Assembly: GCA_047456305.1 (NCBI GenBank)
Contig: CP179888.1
Span: 253,307 to 317,306, forward strand
DNA from: Candidatus Nealsonbacteria bacterium
Lineage (GTDB): Bacteria > Patescibacteriota > Minisyncoccia > Minisyncoccales > CAZKCU01
Length of the DNA: 64,000 nt
Reading direction: 5' to 3'
Made by a program: the position numbers and the translations under genes. A model generated the notes under the pieces. The model was not told the origin of the DNA. It ran no database searches and was given only the letters and a program-made list of their open reading frames with translations. Of the stretch, positions 62,819 to 64,000 are shown one piece after another. Every line of letters begins with the position of its first letter. Within the stretch, counting starts at the first letter, position 1.

Positions 62819-63996
62819 GAGAAGTTAATCCAAATAAAATTAAAAGAGCAGAGATTATTGTGGGTATTCCTTCTTATAACGAAGCAGACACTATTTCCAA
62901 TGTTGTCCGACAAGTAGACGCAGGACTTGAAAAGTATTTTAGGAACAGAAAAAAGGTGATAATTAATACTGACAATAACTCTCCCGATAAGACAGGCAAA
63001 GTTTTTTTAGGAACAAAAACAAAAACTCCAAAGATTTATATTTCAACCTCACCCGGTATTCGGGGGAAGGGAAATAATTTCCACAATCTTTTTTTAAAAA
63101 TAAAAAATTTAGGGGCAGAGGCTGCAGCTAGTATTGATGCTGATATAAAAAGCGTCACAGCTGAATGGGTGAAATGTCTTTTAGAGCCAATTACTGCAGA
63201 TTATGACTACGTATCTCCACTTTATCTTCGGGACAAAAATGATGGCACCATAACTAATCATATTTGCTACCCTTTAGCTTATGGACTTTTGGGCTATAAT
63301 ATTCGCCAGCCTATTGGAGGAGATGCGGGTTTTTCAAAAAGATTGGTTGAATACTGGCTAAATCAAAAATGGACAGAGCCAGTAAGAAATTACGGCATCG
63401 ACATTTTTATGACTTCAAATGCTATCAAAGGAGGATTTAGATTGGGCCAGGTAAATTTAGGGTCGAAAATTCACAAACCAAGCGCTCCTAAATTGGGCAA
63501 TATGTTTTTAGAAGTTATAGATACTCTTTTTAAATTTTTGTCTGAGAACAAAAATTTATGGCAAAAAGAAATAAATTTGCAAACTCTACCCTTAATTTGC
63601 GATGCAAAAAACAAAGCAGGATATCAAGAACTCTCTATTGATAATGAGGTGATTGAAGAAAAGGCAATTTCTGAATTTCAAGAGAATTATAAATATATAA
63701 AAAAATATATCTCCCAAGAACTTCGTTCTCAGCTTGAAGAAATGTTTCTCCGGAAAAAATCTTTAAAAATAACCCTTGACCTTTGGCCTGAAATAGTTTA
63801 CCAGTTATTTTATCTCTATGATATTAATTCAAGCAACACTTCAATCATTAAATTTTTGAGAGCCCTTTATTTTGGAAGGATTGTTTCTTTTATTAAGGAA
63901 ACATCTGGCAAGACCCAGGAAGAATCAGAAAAAATAATCCAAAAACAGGCTCACTACTTCTTTGAGAAAAGAAATTATTTACTGTCGTTGCCTTAA
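62815..63996 (+). CDS. GT-A (family 2-like) glycosyltransferase
   Basis: IVGIPSYNEADTI and a DAD motif (SIDADIKS). Overlaps the upstream GT gene by 4 nt. Confidence 0.55.
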   Translation: MREVNPNKIKRAEIIVGIPSYNEADTISNVVRQVDAGLEKYFRNRKKVIINTDNNSPDKTGKVFLGTKTKTPKIYISTSPGIRGKGNNFHNLFLKIKNLGAEAAASIDADIKSVTAEWVKCLLEPITADYDYVSPLYLRDKNDGTITNHICYPLAYGLLGYNIRQPIGGDAGFSKRLVEYWLNQKWTEPVRNYGIDIFMTSNAIKGGFRLGQVNLGSKIHKPSAPKLGNMFLEVIDTLFKFLSENKNLWQKEINLQTLPLICDAKNKAGYQELSIDNEVIEEKAISEFQENYKYIKKYISQELRSQLEEMFLRKKSLKITLDLWPEIVYQLFYLYDINSSNTSIIKFLRALYFGRIVSFIKETSGKTQEESEKIIQKQAHYFFEKRNYLLSLP

Positions 63997-64000
63997 ATCA

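Overview
AT-rich, very gene-dense bacterial chromosomal segment with about 70 CDS, one tRNA and no rRNA. Several traits suggest a Candidate Phyla Radiation (Patescibacteria-like) genome; this is inference only. These traits are short intergenic regions, few Shine-Dalgarno sites, many archaeal-type genes (RtcB, archease, RtcA, EndoQ-like PHP nuclease, presenilin/SPP-like protease, DUF763, Mth938-like) and large T4SS-pilin-like proteins. Housekeeping content: dnaA-dnaN with a probable origin and a strand-bias switch near 52 kb, rpmH-rnpA-yidD-yidC-jag, tRNA-Arg(CCG), metK, pdxST, uvrB, rpsT, holA, fpg, tyrS, class A PBP, greA, rsmA, tsaE and yebC. Most notable observations: (1) a chromosomal Gram-positive-style minimal T4SS-like locus at 6.5-17.3 kb. 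It has VirB6-like, PrgI/VirB3-like and VirB4 proteins and two oversized pilin-domain proteins, one fused to an M23 peptidase. No relaxase or coupling protein is present in the window. (2) A 417-aa LAGLIDADG intein splits the PHP active-site motif of an EndoQ-like nuclease. (3) Several families of GC-rich hairpin or palindromic repeats show compensatory stem changes. Some copies sit in frame inside conserved genes (holA twice, fpg, pilB-like, rtcA) or supply start or stop codons, which resembles Rickettsia palindromic elements. (4) Leaderless-type gene starts (-10 box, 5-6 nt, ATG) are widespread, and one promoter cassette is repeated. (5) There are candidate structured RNAs or attenuators at 52.06-52.22 kb, 43.06-43.20 kb and in the greA leader. 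All product calls rest on motifs read by eye. No database search was run.
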